Source of the DNA: an uncultured Clostridia bacterium
Lineage (GTDB): Bacteria > Bacillota > Clostridia > Christensenellales > Aristaeellaceae
Direction of reading: 5' to 3'
Assembly (NCBI GenBank): GCA_934647235.1
Contig: CAKUFG010000010.1
Span: 30,961-62,960, forward strand
Length of the DNA stretch: 32,000 bases
Shown here: piece after piece, positions 15,582-22,672 of the stretch
How positions within the stretch are numbered: the first letter of the stretch is position 1
How the letters are laid out: every line of letters begins with the position of its first letter
Made by a program: the position numbers and the translations under genes
The notes under the pieces: model-generated
Told to the model about the DNA's origin: nothing
The model's database searches: none
What the model saw: the letters and a program-made list of their open reading frames with translations, nothing else

Positions 15582-16808
15582 ATGATGGAACTGCTGTCGC
15601 CTGCGGGCGGCATGGAGCAGCTGCGCGCCGCCGCGCGCTTTGGCGCGGACGCGGTATATGGCGGGCTGAAGAAATTCGGCCTGCGCGCCGCTGCGGGCAA
15701 TTTTGACTGGGATGAATTGCAGACGGCACTGGATTTGCTGCATGGGCAGGGCAAAAAATTCTACCTGACGCTGAATGTCCTGCCCTACGACGACGAGCTG
15801 GCCGAGCTGGGACAATCCGCCCGCCGCGCGGCGCAGCTGGGCGTGGACGCGGCCATCGTCAGCGATCTGGGCGCGTTTGCCTATCTTCGCCGCGAGGCGC
15901 CCGAGCTTGCGCTGCATGTAAGCACGCAGGCGAATGTGATGAACGCGGAAGCGGCTAACCTGTTTGCGCAGCTTGGCGCGGAGCGCATTGTATTGTCCCG
16001 CGAGCTGTCGCTGGCGCGCATCGCCCGTCTGCGTGAGCGGCTGGATCCCAGGGTGGAGCTGGAAGCCTTTGTGCATGGGGCCATGTGCATGGCGCACTCG
16101 GGCCGGTGCATGATGAGCGATCATCTGGCCGGGCGCGGGGGCAATCGCGGAGCCTGCGCGCAGCCCTGCCGCTGGCAGTATACGGTGACGGAGCTCAAGC
16201 GTCCGGACGAGCCCATGCCCGTGCTTGAGGACGAGCGCGGCACGTACATCTTTTCTGCCTACGATCTCAATATGCTGTCGCACCTGCCCGAAATACGGGA
16301 GGCGGGCATTGCGTCGCTAAAAATCGAGGGCCGCATGAAAACGGCCTATTACGTGGCCTCGGTTACGCAGGTATACCGCCGCGCGCTGGATATGCTGGCG
16401 CAGGACGAGGCCGCCTATCGCGCCGCCCTGCCTGAACTGCAGAACGAGCTGCTCAAGGTGAGCCATCGCAGCAGCAATACCGGCTTTTACTTTGGCGCGC
16501 CGCAGCCTGCCTCGGGCGCGGAGGGCTTTTCGCAAACGCGGGAGTTTGTCGGCCGCGTGCTTGGCATGCGGGACGGCTGCATGCTGGCCGAGGTAAAGAA
16601 CCGCTTCCATGTGGGCGATATGATCGAGGCGCTTACGCCTGCGGGCGCAAAACCCTTTGCGGTGACGGAAATCCGCAGCGCTGCCGACGGCGCGCGGCTG
16701 GATTTTGTGTCGGTTGCCGGTCAGCAGGTGCTGCTGCCTGTTGATTTCATCGCGGAGGACGGCGATTATCTGCGCGGCCCCAACCGCAATCATCGGATGG
16801 CGCAGTGA
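15582..16808 (+). CDS. Peptidase U32 family protein (YrrN/YrrO-, RlhA/TrhP-like)
   Basis: U32 signature EAFVHGAMCMAHSGRCMMS. N-terminus ELLSPAGGMEQLRAAARFGADAVY. It follows mltG, as the yrrL-yrrNO genes do in Bacillus. Confidence 0.85.
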   Translation: MMELLSPAGGMEQLRAAARFGADAVYGGLKKFGLRAAAGNFDWDELQTALDLLHGQGKKFYLTLNVLPYDDELAELGQSARRAAQLGVDAAIVSDLGAFAYLRREAPELALHVSTQANVMNAEAANLFAQLGAERIVLSRELSLARIARLRERLDPRVELEAFVHGAMCMAHSGRCMMSDHLAGRGGNRGACAQPCRWQYTVTELKRPDEPMPVLEDERGTYIFSAYDLNMLSHLPEIREAGIASLKIEGRMKTAYYVASVTQVYRRALDMLAQDEAAYRAALPELQNELLKVSHRSSNTGFYFGAPQPASGAEGFSQTREFVGRVLGMRDGCMLAEVKNRFHVGDMIEALTPAGAKPFAVTEIRSAADGARLDFVSVAGQQVLLPVDFIAEDGDYLRGPNRNHRMAQ

Positions 16809-16835
16809 TATTGCCTCTGCTTTGCCGCATACCCT
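16808..16835 (+). promoter_or_regulatory. Candidate sigma-E/sigma-K-type promoter for sigK
   Basis: ATATT (16808-16812, overlapping the U32 stop), 15 nt, then CATACCCT (16828-16835). Compare the sigma-E consensus ATAxx..CATACAnT. The implied leader to the ATG at 16854 is only about 12 nt. Confidence 0.3.
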
Positions 16836-16853
16836 GGGCAGGGGGTGTGGCAC

Positions 16854-17546
16854 ATGCTGGGATTGTTGTGGAGTCTGATTCGCGGCGCGCTGCTGCTGCT
16901 GGGGCATTTATCGGGCGGCGGCAGCTTTCCAAAGCCCTTGTCGCGCCAGGAGGAGGCGCAGGCGCTTGCCGCCATGCAGGCGGGGGATGAGAGCGCCCGC
17001 GCGCGGCTGATCGAGCATAATCTGCGTCTGGTTGCCCATGTGGTGCGCAAATATACCGTGCCGGGGCTGACGCAGGACGATCTGGTATCGGTGGGCACGC
17101 TGGGGCTGATCAAGGCGGTGAATACCTATAAGCCCGACGCAAAAACGCCGCTGTCCACCTATGCCGCCCGCTGCATTGAAAACGAAGTGCTCATGCAGCT
17201 GCGCGCGGCCAGGAAGCGCCGGAACGACGTATCCCTGACCGATCCCATCGGCATGGACGGCGAGGGCAACGATATCTCCTTTCAGGATATCCTGGGCACG
17301 CCGGGGGATATGGTGGAGGATGCGGCCATTCGCCGCATGAATATGCAGCAGGTGCGCGCGGCGCTGAAAAAGCTGCCGCAGCGCGAGCGGGCCGTGCTGG
17401 AAATGCGCTATGGGCTGCTGGGCGGCCGTCCGCTTCTGCAGCATGAGGTGGCAAGCAAAATGGGCATTTCCCGATCCTATATTTCCCGTATCGAAACGCA
17501 TGCGATTGCGCTGATACGCGATGAGATTATGCATCCTAAACCATAG
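16854..17546 (+). CDS. sigK: Pro-sigma-K, late mother-cell sporulation sigma factor (uninterrupted)
   Basis: I prefer the ATG at 16854, 8 nt after GGGGG. That gives a 20-aa hydrophobic prosequence (MLGLLWSLIRGALLLLGHLS) followed by GGGSFPKPLS. IEHNLRLVAHVVRKY, YAARCIENEVLMQLRA, DVSLTDPIGMDGEGNDIS and GISRSYISRIE match B. subtilis SigK rather than SigE. Confidence 0.85.
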   Translation: MLGLLWSLIRGALLLLGHLSGGGSFPKPLSRQEEAQALAAMQAGDESARARLIEHNLRLVAHVVRKYTVPGLTQDDLVSVGTLGLIKAVNTYKPDAKTPLSTYAARCIENEVLMQLRAARKRRNDVSLTDPIGMDGEGNDISFQDILGTPGDMVEDAAIRRMNMQQVRAALKKLPQRERAVLEMRYGLLGGRPLLQHEVASKMGISRSYISRIETHAIALIRDEIMHPKP

Positions 17547-17566
17547 CATACAAAAGGAGGGCGTTT

Positions 17567-17926
17567 ATGCTGCTGAGCCGCGCGACCGAGATTCTATCCA
17601 TTCTGGCGGACGGAATTGATCCTGTTACCGGAGAACTGCTGCCGGAGGACAGCGTATGCAGCGAACCGGAGGTCATCCGCGCGTTTTATTGTATTCTCCA
17701 GAATCTGGAAAGTGCATCGAAAAAGAAACGCGAAAACGCACGACCAGAAAACAGCGGCAAGCCCTGGCTGCCCGAGGACGACGCGGAGCTGCGCGAAATG
17801 TATGCCGGCGGCTGCGAGCGGGACAGGATATGCGCGCATTTGGGCCGCAGCGAAAGCAGCATTGCCGCGCGCCTGGTGCGCCTGGGCGTGATTGCGCGGC
17901 GCGATGAATTCAGAAATCGAGATTGA
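17567..17926 (+). CDS. Hypothetical small protein with a C-terminal SANT/Myb-like helix-turn-helix
   Basis: Strong Shine-Dalgarno AAAGGAGGG 6 nt upstream. The C-terminus KPWLPEDDAELREMYAGGCERDRICAHLGRSESSIAARLVRLGVI has the W-x-EED-x-L ... G-R-S-x-x-(A/I)-x-x-R-L pattern of Myb/sigma-region-4-like HTHs. I do not recognise the N-terminal module LADGIDPVTGELLPEDSVCSEPEVIRAFYCIL. Confidence 0.5.
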   Translation: MLLSRATEILSILADGIDPVTGELLPEDSVCSEPEVIRAFYCILQNLESASKKKRENARPENSGKPWLPEDDAELREMYAGGCERDRICAHLGRSESSIAARLVRLGVIARRDEFRNRD

Positions 17927-17952
17927 TTTACGATACTACGGAGGAAAACATC

Positions 17953-18798
17953 ATGCGATTTGGACCGGCGTGCAATGCCGAGCGCTTTTATGCCGAAGGC
18001 CTCAAGGCCAGCGTCCAGGCCCCGGAATGGCTGGCCGCGCAGGGCTTGACGGCCTATGAATACCCCTTTGGCCGGGGCGTGTCGCTGTCGGATGATACGG
18101 CGGCGGCCATTCGTGCCCAGGCCGAAAAGTGGGGAATCGCTGTCAGCGTGCACGCGCCCTATTTTATCAATCTGGCCAATCCTGACACTGAAAAGCGCGA
18201 GGCCAGCTATCGCTATATCCTGGACGCGGCGCAGAAGGCTGCGGCACTGGGCGGGCGGCGCGTGGTTGTGCATGTGGGCGCGGCCATGAAGATGGAACGC
18301 TCGGAAGCGCTGGCCAATTGCCGGGCGGGCCTGATTGAAGCCTATCGCAGGCTGGATGATATCGGGCTGGAGCAAACCATCCTTTGCCCCGAAACCATGG
18401 GCAAGTACAGCCAGATCGGCGATTTGCACGAAACGCTGGATTTCTGCCTGCTGGACGACCGCATGCTGCCCTGCGTGGATTTTGCACATCTGCATGCGCT
18501 GGGCGGCGGCGCGCTGAACACGCCGGCGGACTTCGCGGCGGTGCTGGATACCATCGAAGCTGTGCTGGGCCTGGAGCGCGCGCGAAAAATGCACATGCAT
18601 TTTTCTACCATCGAGTATACGGCGGCGGGCGAAAAGCGCCACCATACCTTTGCAGAGGAAAAGTACGGCCCGCGCTTTGAAAACCTGGCTCCGCTGCTGC
18701 ATGCGCGCGGCTATGACGGCACGGTGATCTGCGAGTGCAAGGGCACGCAGGCGGACGACGCAATGGCCATGCAGCGCATCTGGCAGGCGGAGGCGTGA
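17953..18798 (+). CDS. Endonuclease IV-like / xylose-isomerase-like TIM-barrel protein (AP endonuclease family 2)
   Basis: I prefer the ATG at 17953, after the GGAGGA Shine-Dalgarno. Motifs SVHAPYFINLANPD, VVVHVG, CPETMGKYSQIG, DFAHLHA and HMHFS parallel the metal-binding blocks of Nfo. Confidence 0.65.
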   Translation: MRFGPACNAERFYAEGLKASVQAPEWLAAQGLTAYEYPFGRGVSLSDDTAAAIRAQAEKWGIAVSVHAPYFINLANPDTEKREASYRYILDAAQKAAALGGRRVVVHVGAAMKMERSEALANCRAGLIEAYRRLDDIGLEQTILCPETMGKYSQIGDLHETLDFCLLDDRMLPCVDFAHLHALGGGALNTPADFAAVLDTIEAVLGLERARKMHMHFSTIEYTAAGEKRHHTFAEEKYGPRFENLAPLLHARGYDGTVICECKGTQADDAMAMQRIWQAEA

Positions 18799-18817
18799 AC
18801 GGGAAATGCGGCATATG

Positions 18818-18860
18818 AAAAAGCTCCCTGATGGGCACACGGCCTGTAAGGGAGCTTTTT
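18818..18860. terminator. Bidirectional Rho-independent terminator
   Basis: aaaaagctccct (18818-18829) and agggagcttttt (18849-18860) form a perfect 12-bp stem that includes A/T runs usable in both directions. It lies between convergent genes. Confidence 0.8.
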
Positions 18861-18864
18861 ATGC

Positions 18865-19863
18865 TTAGATTTCCTGACTGACGATGCGCTCAATCAGCGC
18901 CAGCGCTTTATCCGGGTGCGTTTTCAGCCCCTTGATATACTGGCAAACATTGGGGTACTGCGAAAGCATCACCAGGTTCCAATAATTGCGGATGACGCTG
19001 CGCTCCGTTTCGTTCAGCGTGTAATGCGCCAGAATTTCGCGCAGATTGCAGCGGGAGGTCTCCTGCATGCGGTCGAAAATCTCTGCTGCAGAATAATCCT
19101 CAAAATCCTCTTCCTGCATGCCGTCGTTTGTTTCACAGCAGAAATGATTGATGTTGACCTCTGTGCCCGCCATATTGAAATCGATGATTCCGGCGAACTG
19201 GCCGTTCTCTATCAGAATATTGCCGCCGTTCAGATCACCCTGGATAACGCAGCGGGGAAGATCGGAAAACACCTGCCTGATCTTTGCGCGGTTGGCTTCG
19301 TTAAAGGCGATAGCGCGCCGGGCGGTTTCGTCAGCGCCCGCATCGCGCAGCGCCTGAACCAGGAGGTTCAGGTTATCCTGCTTTTCGTCGATCTCCACAT
19401 CCAGCGGCGCAAGGTCGATGATCGACCACATGGAGAAAACGGGCTGCAGATCAACATCCGAATAGGCCTGCGACAAGCGTCCGATGGAGGCCAATACGCT
19501 TTGCCTGACGGCGGCCTGCTGGGCGGCGGTAAGCTGATCCTGCATCTCCCAAAGCGTTGGATAATCCAGGTATTCGGAAAGATAGCACACATGGTTGTCG
19601 GCCTTCGTCAGGTACAGGCCGTCGGCGGTTTGAAACAGCCGAGGCGCTTTTACGCCGATTTGGCGGTAGCGCCCGGCCAGACGGTCAATTGCTCCCAGGC
19701 GCTCCTCTGTGATCACCGGATCGTTGATGCGCAGCACATAGCGCCGGTCGATGATGATGTTCAGGCGATAATCGTTTGGCTTGGAGGAGTCGATAATACG
19801 AAAGTCCTCAAACTGATTAACGCCGTAAGGGCTCAAAAGCGCGGCAAGCTGGGTTCGATCCAT
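18865..19863 (-). CDS. APH/choline-kinase-like phosphotransferase family protein
   Basis: 332 aa. The catalytic loop is CVIQGDLNGGNILI (Brenner motif with Q in place of H) and the metal-binding motif is IIDFNMAG. AAAGGAG Shine-Dalgarno 5 nt upstream. Confidence 0.65.
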   Translation of the reverse strand: MDRTQLAALLSPYGVNQFEDFRIIDSSKPNDYRLNIIIDRRYVLRINDPVITEERLGAIDRLAGRYRQIGVKAPRLFQTADGLYLTKADNHVCYLSEYLDYPTLWEMQDQLTAAQQAAVRQSVLASIGRLSQAYSDVDLQPVFSMWSIIDLAPLDVEIDEKQDNLNLLVQALRDAGADETARRAIAFNEANRAKIRQVFSDLPRCVIQGDLNGGNILIENGQFAGIIDFNMAGTEVNINHFCCETNDGMQEEDFEDYSAAEIFDRMQETSRCNLREILAHYTLNETERSVIRNYWNLVMLSQYPNVCQYIKGLKTHPDKALALIERIVSQEI

Positions 19864-19893
19864 GGGAGCTCCTTTCGTTTGCGGCTGCGCGCG

Positions 19894-21492
19894 TCAGGGC
19901 TTTTGCGCATAAAAGGCGCGCATTTGCTGATAGCGCGCGTACAGCGGGGCATAGCGCGCATGGTTTTCCATATTGGGCTGATAATGGATAAACTGCTTTG
20001 TCGACAGCTGCGCCATTGTGTCCTGCAGGGTGGGATACAGCCCGGCTGCGGCTGCGGCGGTGATGGCCGCGCCTGCGGCGGCGCTGTTGGGCAGGGTGGA
20101 TACGGCCAGCTCGCGGCCCAGAATATCGGCGTAGCACTGCACCAGCAGCGGGTTTTTACCCGCGATGCCGCCGCACACGCAGATGCGGTTCACCTTTACG
20201 CCGCAGGCTTCGCCGTGCTCCAGCAGCGTGCGGGTGCCGAAAGCTGCGGCTTCAATCAGCGCGCGGTAAATCTGCTCGGGGGTGGAGGCAAGCGTCAGGC
20301 CGCTGAGCGCGCCGGTCAGCGTTTGATCGACGATGACGCAGCGGCTGCCGTTCCACCAATCCAGCGCTACAATGTCGTTTTCACGCACGGGCTGGGCAAA
20401 GCCCAGACGGGACAGCAGGGTGTGCACCGAAACGCCCTGCGCCGCAGCTTCCTTTTCATAGCGGGCGGGCACGCAATTGCTTACAAACCAGCCGAACATG
20501 TCGCCCACGCCGCTTTGGCAGAAATCATAGCCGTACAGGCCGGGGATTAGGCTGTCGCGGGCCTGGCCGCAGATGCCGCTGACGGGATGCCATTCATCGG
20601 ATACCACGGACAAAACGCCCGAGGTGCCGATGGTCAGCATCGCGTCGCCGCTGTGGTGCAGGCCCAGCGCAACCATGGAAATCGGGCCGTCGATGACGCC
20701 CGCGCCCACGGCAATGCCGGCGGGCAGGCCCAGGCGCTCCGCCCAGGCGGAGGTAAGGGTTCCCGCGCATGCGCCCCAGGGCAGAGCCTTGCCGCGCAGC
20801 TTATCGGGCGTGGAGGCCAGGGCGGGATGCAGCCGCGCAAAGAACTGCGCGTCGGGCAGGGTATTGCCGTCCGGGCAATAATTCTTCAGCCCCAGGCTGC
20901 CCGTGCTGCGCGTGAGCGCGCCGGTCAGCTGCCAGGTTAGAAATTCGTTGAGATCCAGATAAGCGCTGGTCGCCTCATACAGCTCGGGGCAGGCGTGCAG
21001 CGTTTCCAGCATCTTGGGGTAAATGCCCTCGCTGGACGGATGCCCGCCGCAGGCCGTCAAAAAGGGCTGATTCTCCGCCCGCGCAGCCGCGCCGATTTCC
21101 TCGGCTTCGCGCGTGGCGGTATAGGATTTCCACAGGCGAATATAGGCCTGCGGCTCGTTTTTCCATTTGTCCTGAAAGCACATAGGCTGGCCGTTTTCAT
21201 CGCAGGGAATCACGCTCATGGAGGTAGCGTCGATGGCGATGCCGGCCACCTCCTGCGCGTCGACGCCGGACTGTGAAAGCGCCCCGCGCACGGCGGCGGT
21301 CAGCGCCTGCAGATACTCGGCAGGGTCGGCCAGGGCGGCGCGTTCGGGCAGCTTTGCGCCGCAGGGAAGGGCTTGATCATATACATGATAGCCGCACTCG
21401 CCCATGCCCAGCGTCTCGCCGGTATGCGCATCCAGCACCAGAGCACGGCAGGAAAGCGTGCCAAAGTCAACACCGATAGTGAAACGTTTCAA
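19894..21492 (-). CDS. araB: FGGY-family carbohydrate kinase, ribulokinase-like
   Basis: TTG start. The N-terminus KRFTIGVDFGTLSCRALVLDAHTGE is the ribulokinase-type phosphate-1 motif. Length is 532 aa, with a C-terminal ICVCGGIAGKNPLLVQCYADILG FGGY_C motif. Confidence 0.65.
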   Translation of the reverse strand: MKRFTIGVDFGTLSCRALVLDAHTGETLGMGECGYHVYDQALPCGAKLPERAALADPAEYLQALTAAVRGALSQSGVDAQEVAGIAIDATSMSVIPCDENGQPMCFQDKWKNEPQAYIRLWKSYTATREAEEIGAAARAENQPFLTACGGHPSSEGIYPKMLETLHACPELYEATSAYLDLNEFLTWQLTGALTRSTGSLGLKNYCPDGNTLPDAQFFARLHPALASTPDKLRGKALPWGACAGTLTSAWAERLGLPAGIAVGAGVIDGPISMVALGLHHSGDAMLTIGTSGVLSVVSDEWHPVSGICGQARDSLIPGLYGYDFCQSGVGDMFGWFVSNCVPARYEKEAAAQGVSVHTLLSRLGFAQPVRENDIVALDWWNGSRCVIVDQTLTGALSGLTLASTPEQIYRALIEAAAFGTRTLLEHGEACGVKVNRICVCGGIAGKNPLLVQCYADILGRELAVSTLPNSAAAGAAITAAAAAGLYPTLQDTMAQLSTKQFIHYQPNMENHARYAPLYARYQQMRAFYAQKP

Positions 21493-21521
21493 AATTTTTG
21501 CCGTCCTTTCCGCTCAAACCA

Positions 21522-21550
21522 TTGAAAAGCAAAACATTCTGTATTATTAT
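21522..21550 (+). promoter_or_regulatory. Sigma-A-type promoter for the MBL-fold gene
   Basis: TTGAAA (21522-21527), 17-nt spacer, TATTAT (21545-21550). Confidence 0.45.
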
Positions 21551-21574
21551 ATCGGTGAGATCTGTATGCGTCAA
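21546..21574 (-). promoter_or_regulatory. Sigma-A-type promoter for the FGGY-kinase operon
   Basis: The minus strand reads TTGACG (complement of 21569-21574), a 17-nt spacer, then TATAAT (complement of 21546-21551). Confidence 0.45.
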
Positions 21575-21601
21575 TGCATTTTGGCGGTTTAGGAGGATTT
21601 T

Positions 21602-22429
21602 ATGAAGATCAAGTATTACGGCACCGGCACCAGCGGCGCGATTCCGGAGATGTTTTGCTCCTGCCGCGTTTGCGAGTATGCGCGCAGCCACGGCGGCAAG
21701 GATATCCGCAGCCGCTCCCAGGCGACGGTGGGGGATTTGATGATCGATTTTTCGCACGACGCTTTCATGCACACCGTGTACGGCGGGCTGGATATGCGCA
21801 ATTATAAGCATGTGCTGATTACCCATGGGCATTTTGATCATTACGCTCGTGAGCAGCTGACCGGCCGCTATGTGACCGATGAAAACTGGACGTTCTATCT
21901 GCCCCCGCAAACGGCTGCGCCCGAGCGTGAGCGCCTGCAGAAAAGCCTGCAGGGGGCCAAGGGCAATCCGCCGCGCCGCGCGCCCGGAATTGCCGATGCA
22001 GTGCCCTTCGTGCCCATGGATATCATGGGGTATCGCGTAACGCCGCTGCCTGCGCGCCACGCGCCCAGCATCGGCTCGGTGATCTATCTGATTGAAAAGG
22101 ATGGCAAGGCGGTGCTGTGGGATCATGACAGCGGGCTGATGCTGCCTGAGACCATTGAATACCTGCGCGGACTGGACGTGCATCTGGACTTTGTATCGCT
22201 GGACTGCAACCTGGCGCGCGGGCAGAACATTTCGCCCTATCACATGGACATTCTGCAGGCCAGCGAGACGGCGCAGCTGCTGCGCCGGATGGGCCGCGCG
22301 GATGAGCGCACGCGCTTTTTCATCAGCCATTTCAGTCATTTGCTGGATCGCACGCACGCGGAGCTGTGCGAGGAGGCCAAGGAGTTTGGCTTTGAGGCAG
22401 CCTACGACGGAATGAAAATTGATATCTGA
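21602..22429 (+). CDS. MBL-fold metallo-hydrolase, PhnP-like (cyclic phosphodiesterase-like)
   Basis: N-terminus KIKYYGTGTSGAIPEMFCSCRVCEYAR is the Cys-rich zinc motif seen in PhnP. The metallo-beta-lactamase motif is ITHGHFDHY. AGGAGGA Shine-Dalgarno. Confidence 0.7.
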   Translation: MKIKYYGTGTSGAIPEMFCSCRVCEYARSHGGKDIRSRSQATVGDLMIDFSHDAFMHTVYGGLDMRNYKHVLITHGHFDHYAREQLTGRYVTDENWTFYLPPQTAAPERERLQKSLQGAKGNPPRRAPGIADAVPFVPMDIMGYRVTPLPARHAPSIGSVIYLIEKDGKAVLWDHDSGLMLPETIEYLRGLDVHLDFVSLDCNLARGQNISPYHMDILQASETAQLLRRMGRADERTRFFISHFSHLLDRTHAELCEEAKEFGFEAAYDGMKIDI

Positions 22430-22446
22430 AGCTGCTGCAGGACAGG

Positions 22447-22477
22447 GAGCCGGTGAAGAAACCGGCTCTTTTCTTTT
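22447..22477 (+). terminator. Rho-independent terminator after the MBL-fold gene
   Basis: gagccggt (22447-22454) pairs with accggctc (22461-22468) around a 6-nt loop, followed by TTTTCTTTT. Confidence 0.75.
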
Positions 22478-22611
22478 GCCTTGCTTTGCACGCGAATTAA
22501 AGAAAATGTCCGTGATGTGCGGACAATATGAATTTAATCCCTGCATCACGACCATTTAACTTGCAAAAATGTTTATCTTTTGTATTTGAATGCAATTTTG
22601 CGAATTTGGAC

Positions 22612-22640
22612 TTGCAAAATGCAATGCGCATGCGTATAAT
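22612..22640 (+). promoter_or_regulatory. Sigma-A-type promoter of the liv-type ABC operon
   Basis: TTGCAA (22612-22617), 17-nt spacer, TATAAT (22635-22640), in an AT-rich island. Confidence 0.55.
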
Positions 22641-22672
22641 GACAGCAATTCTTTTCTTAGGAGATGAGGGCA

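Noticed and set aside
16845-17546. Possibility of a skin-like intervening element or a split sigK
   Set aside because: The ORF is continuous through regions 2, 3 and 4 of the sigma factor, with all SigK hallmark blocks in order. No recombinase gene or gene fragment is nearby.
14916-21492. Other long shadow ORFs: 14916..16283 (-), 17686..18840 (-), 18916..20550 (+). The same applies to 5427..6467 (-), 7267..8229 (-), 21467..22555 (-), 27595..28614 (-), 29315..30175 (+) and 30537..31484 (-).
   Set aside because: Each lies opposite a gene with strong family motifs, namely mltG/U32, the Nfo-like gene, APH/FGGY, capA, spoIIIAA, the MBL hydrolase, putP, the DAG kinase and the desulfurase. Their translations are Arg/Ala/Gly/Gln-rich and lack start-site context.
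21493-21601. AraR-type operator upstream of the ribulokinase-like gene
   Set aside because: Nothing resembles the ATTTGTACGTACAAAT palindrome. TGCGTCAATGCA has only 3-bp arms.
22478-22663. T-box or riboswitch leader upstream of the amino-acid ABC operon
   Set aside because: There is no T-box sequence (AGGGTGGTACCGCG-like), no specifier-loop architecture and no terminator/antiterminator pair. The promoter -10 is only about 30 nt from the start codon, which leaves no room for a riboswitch.
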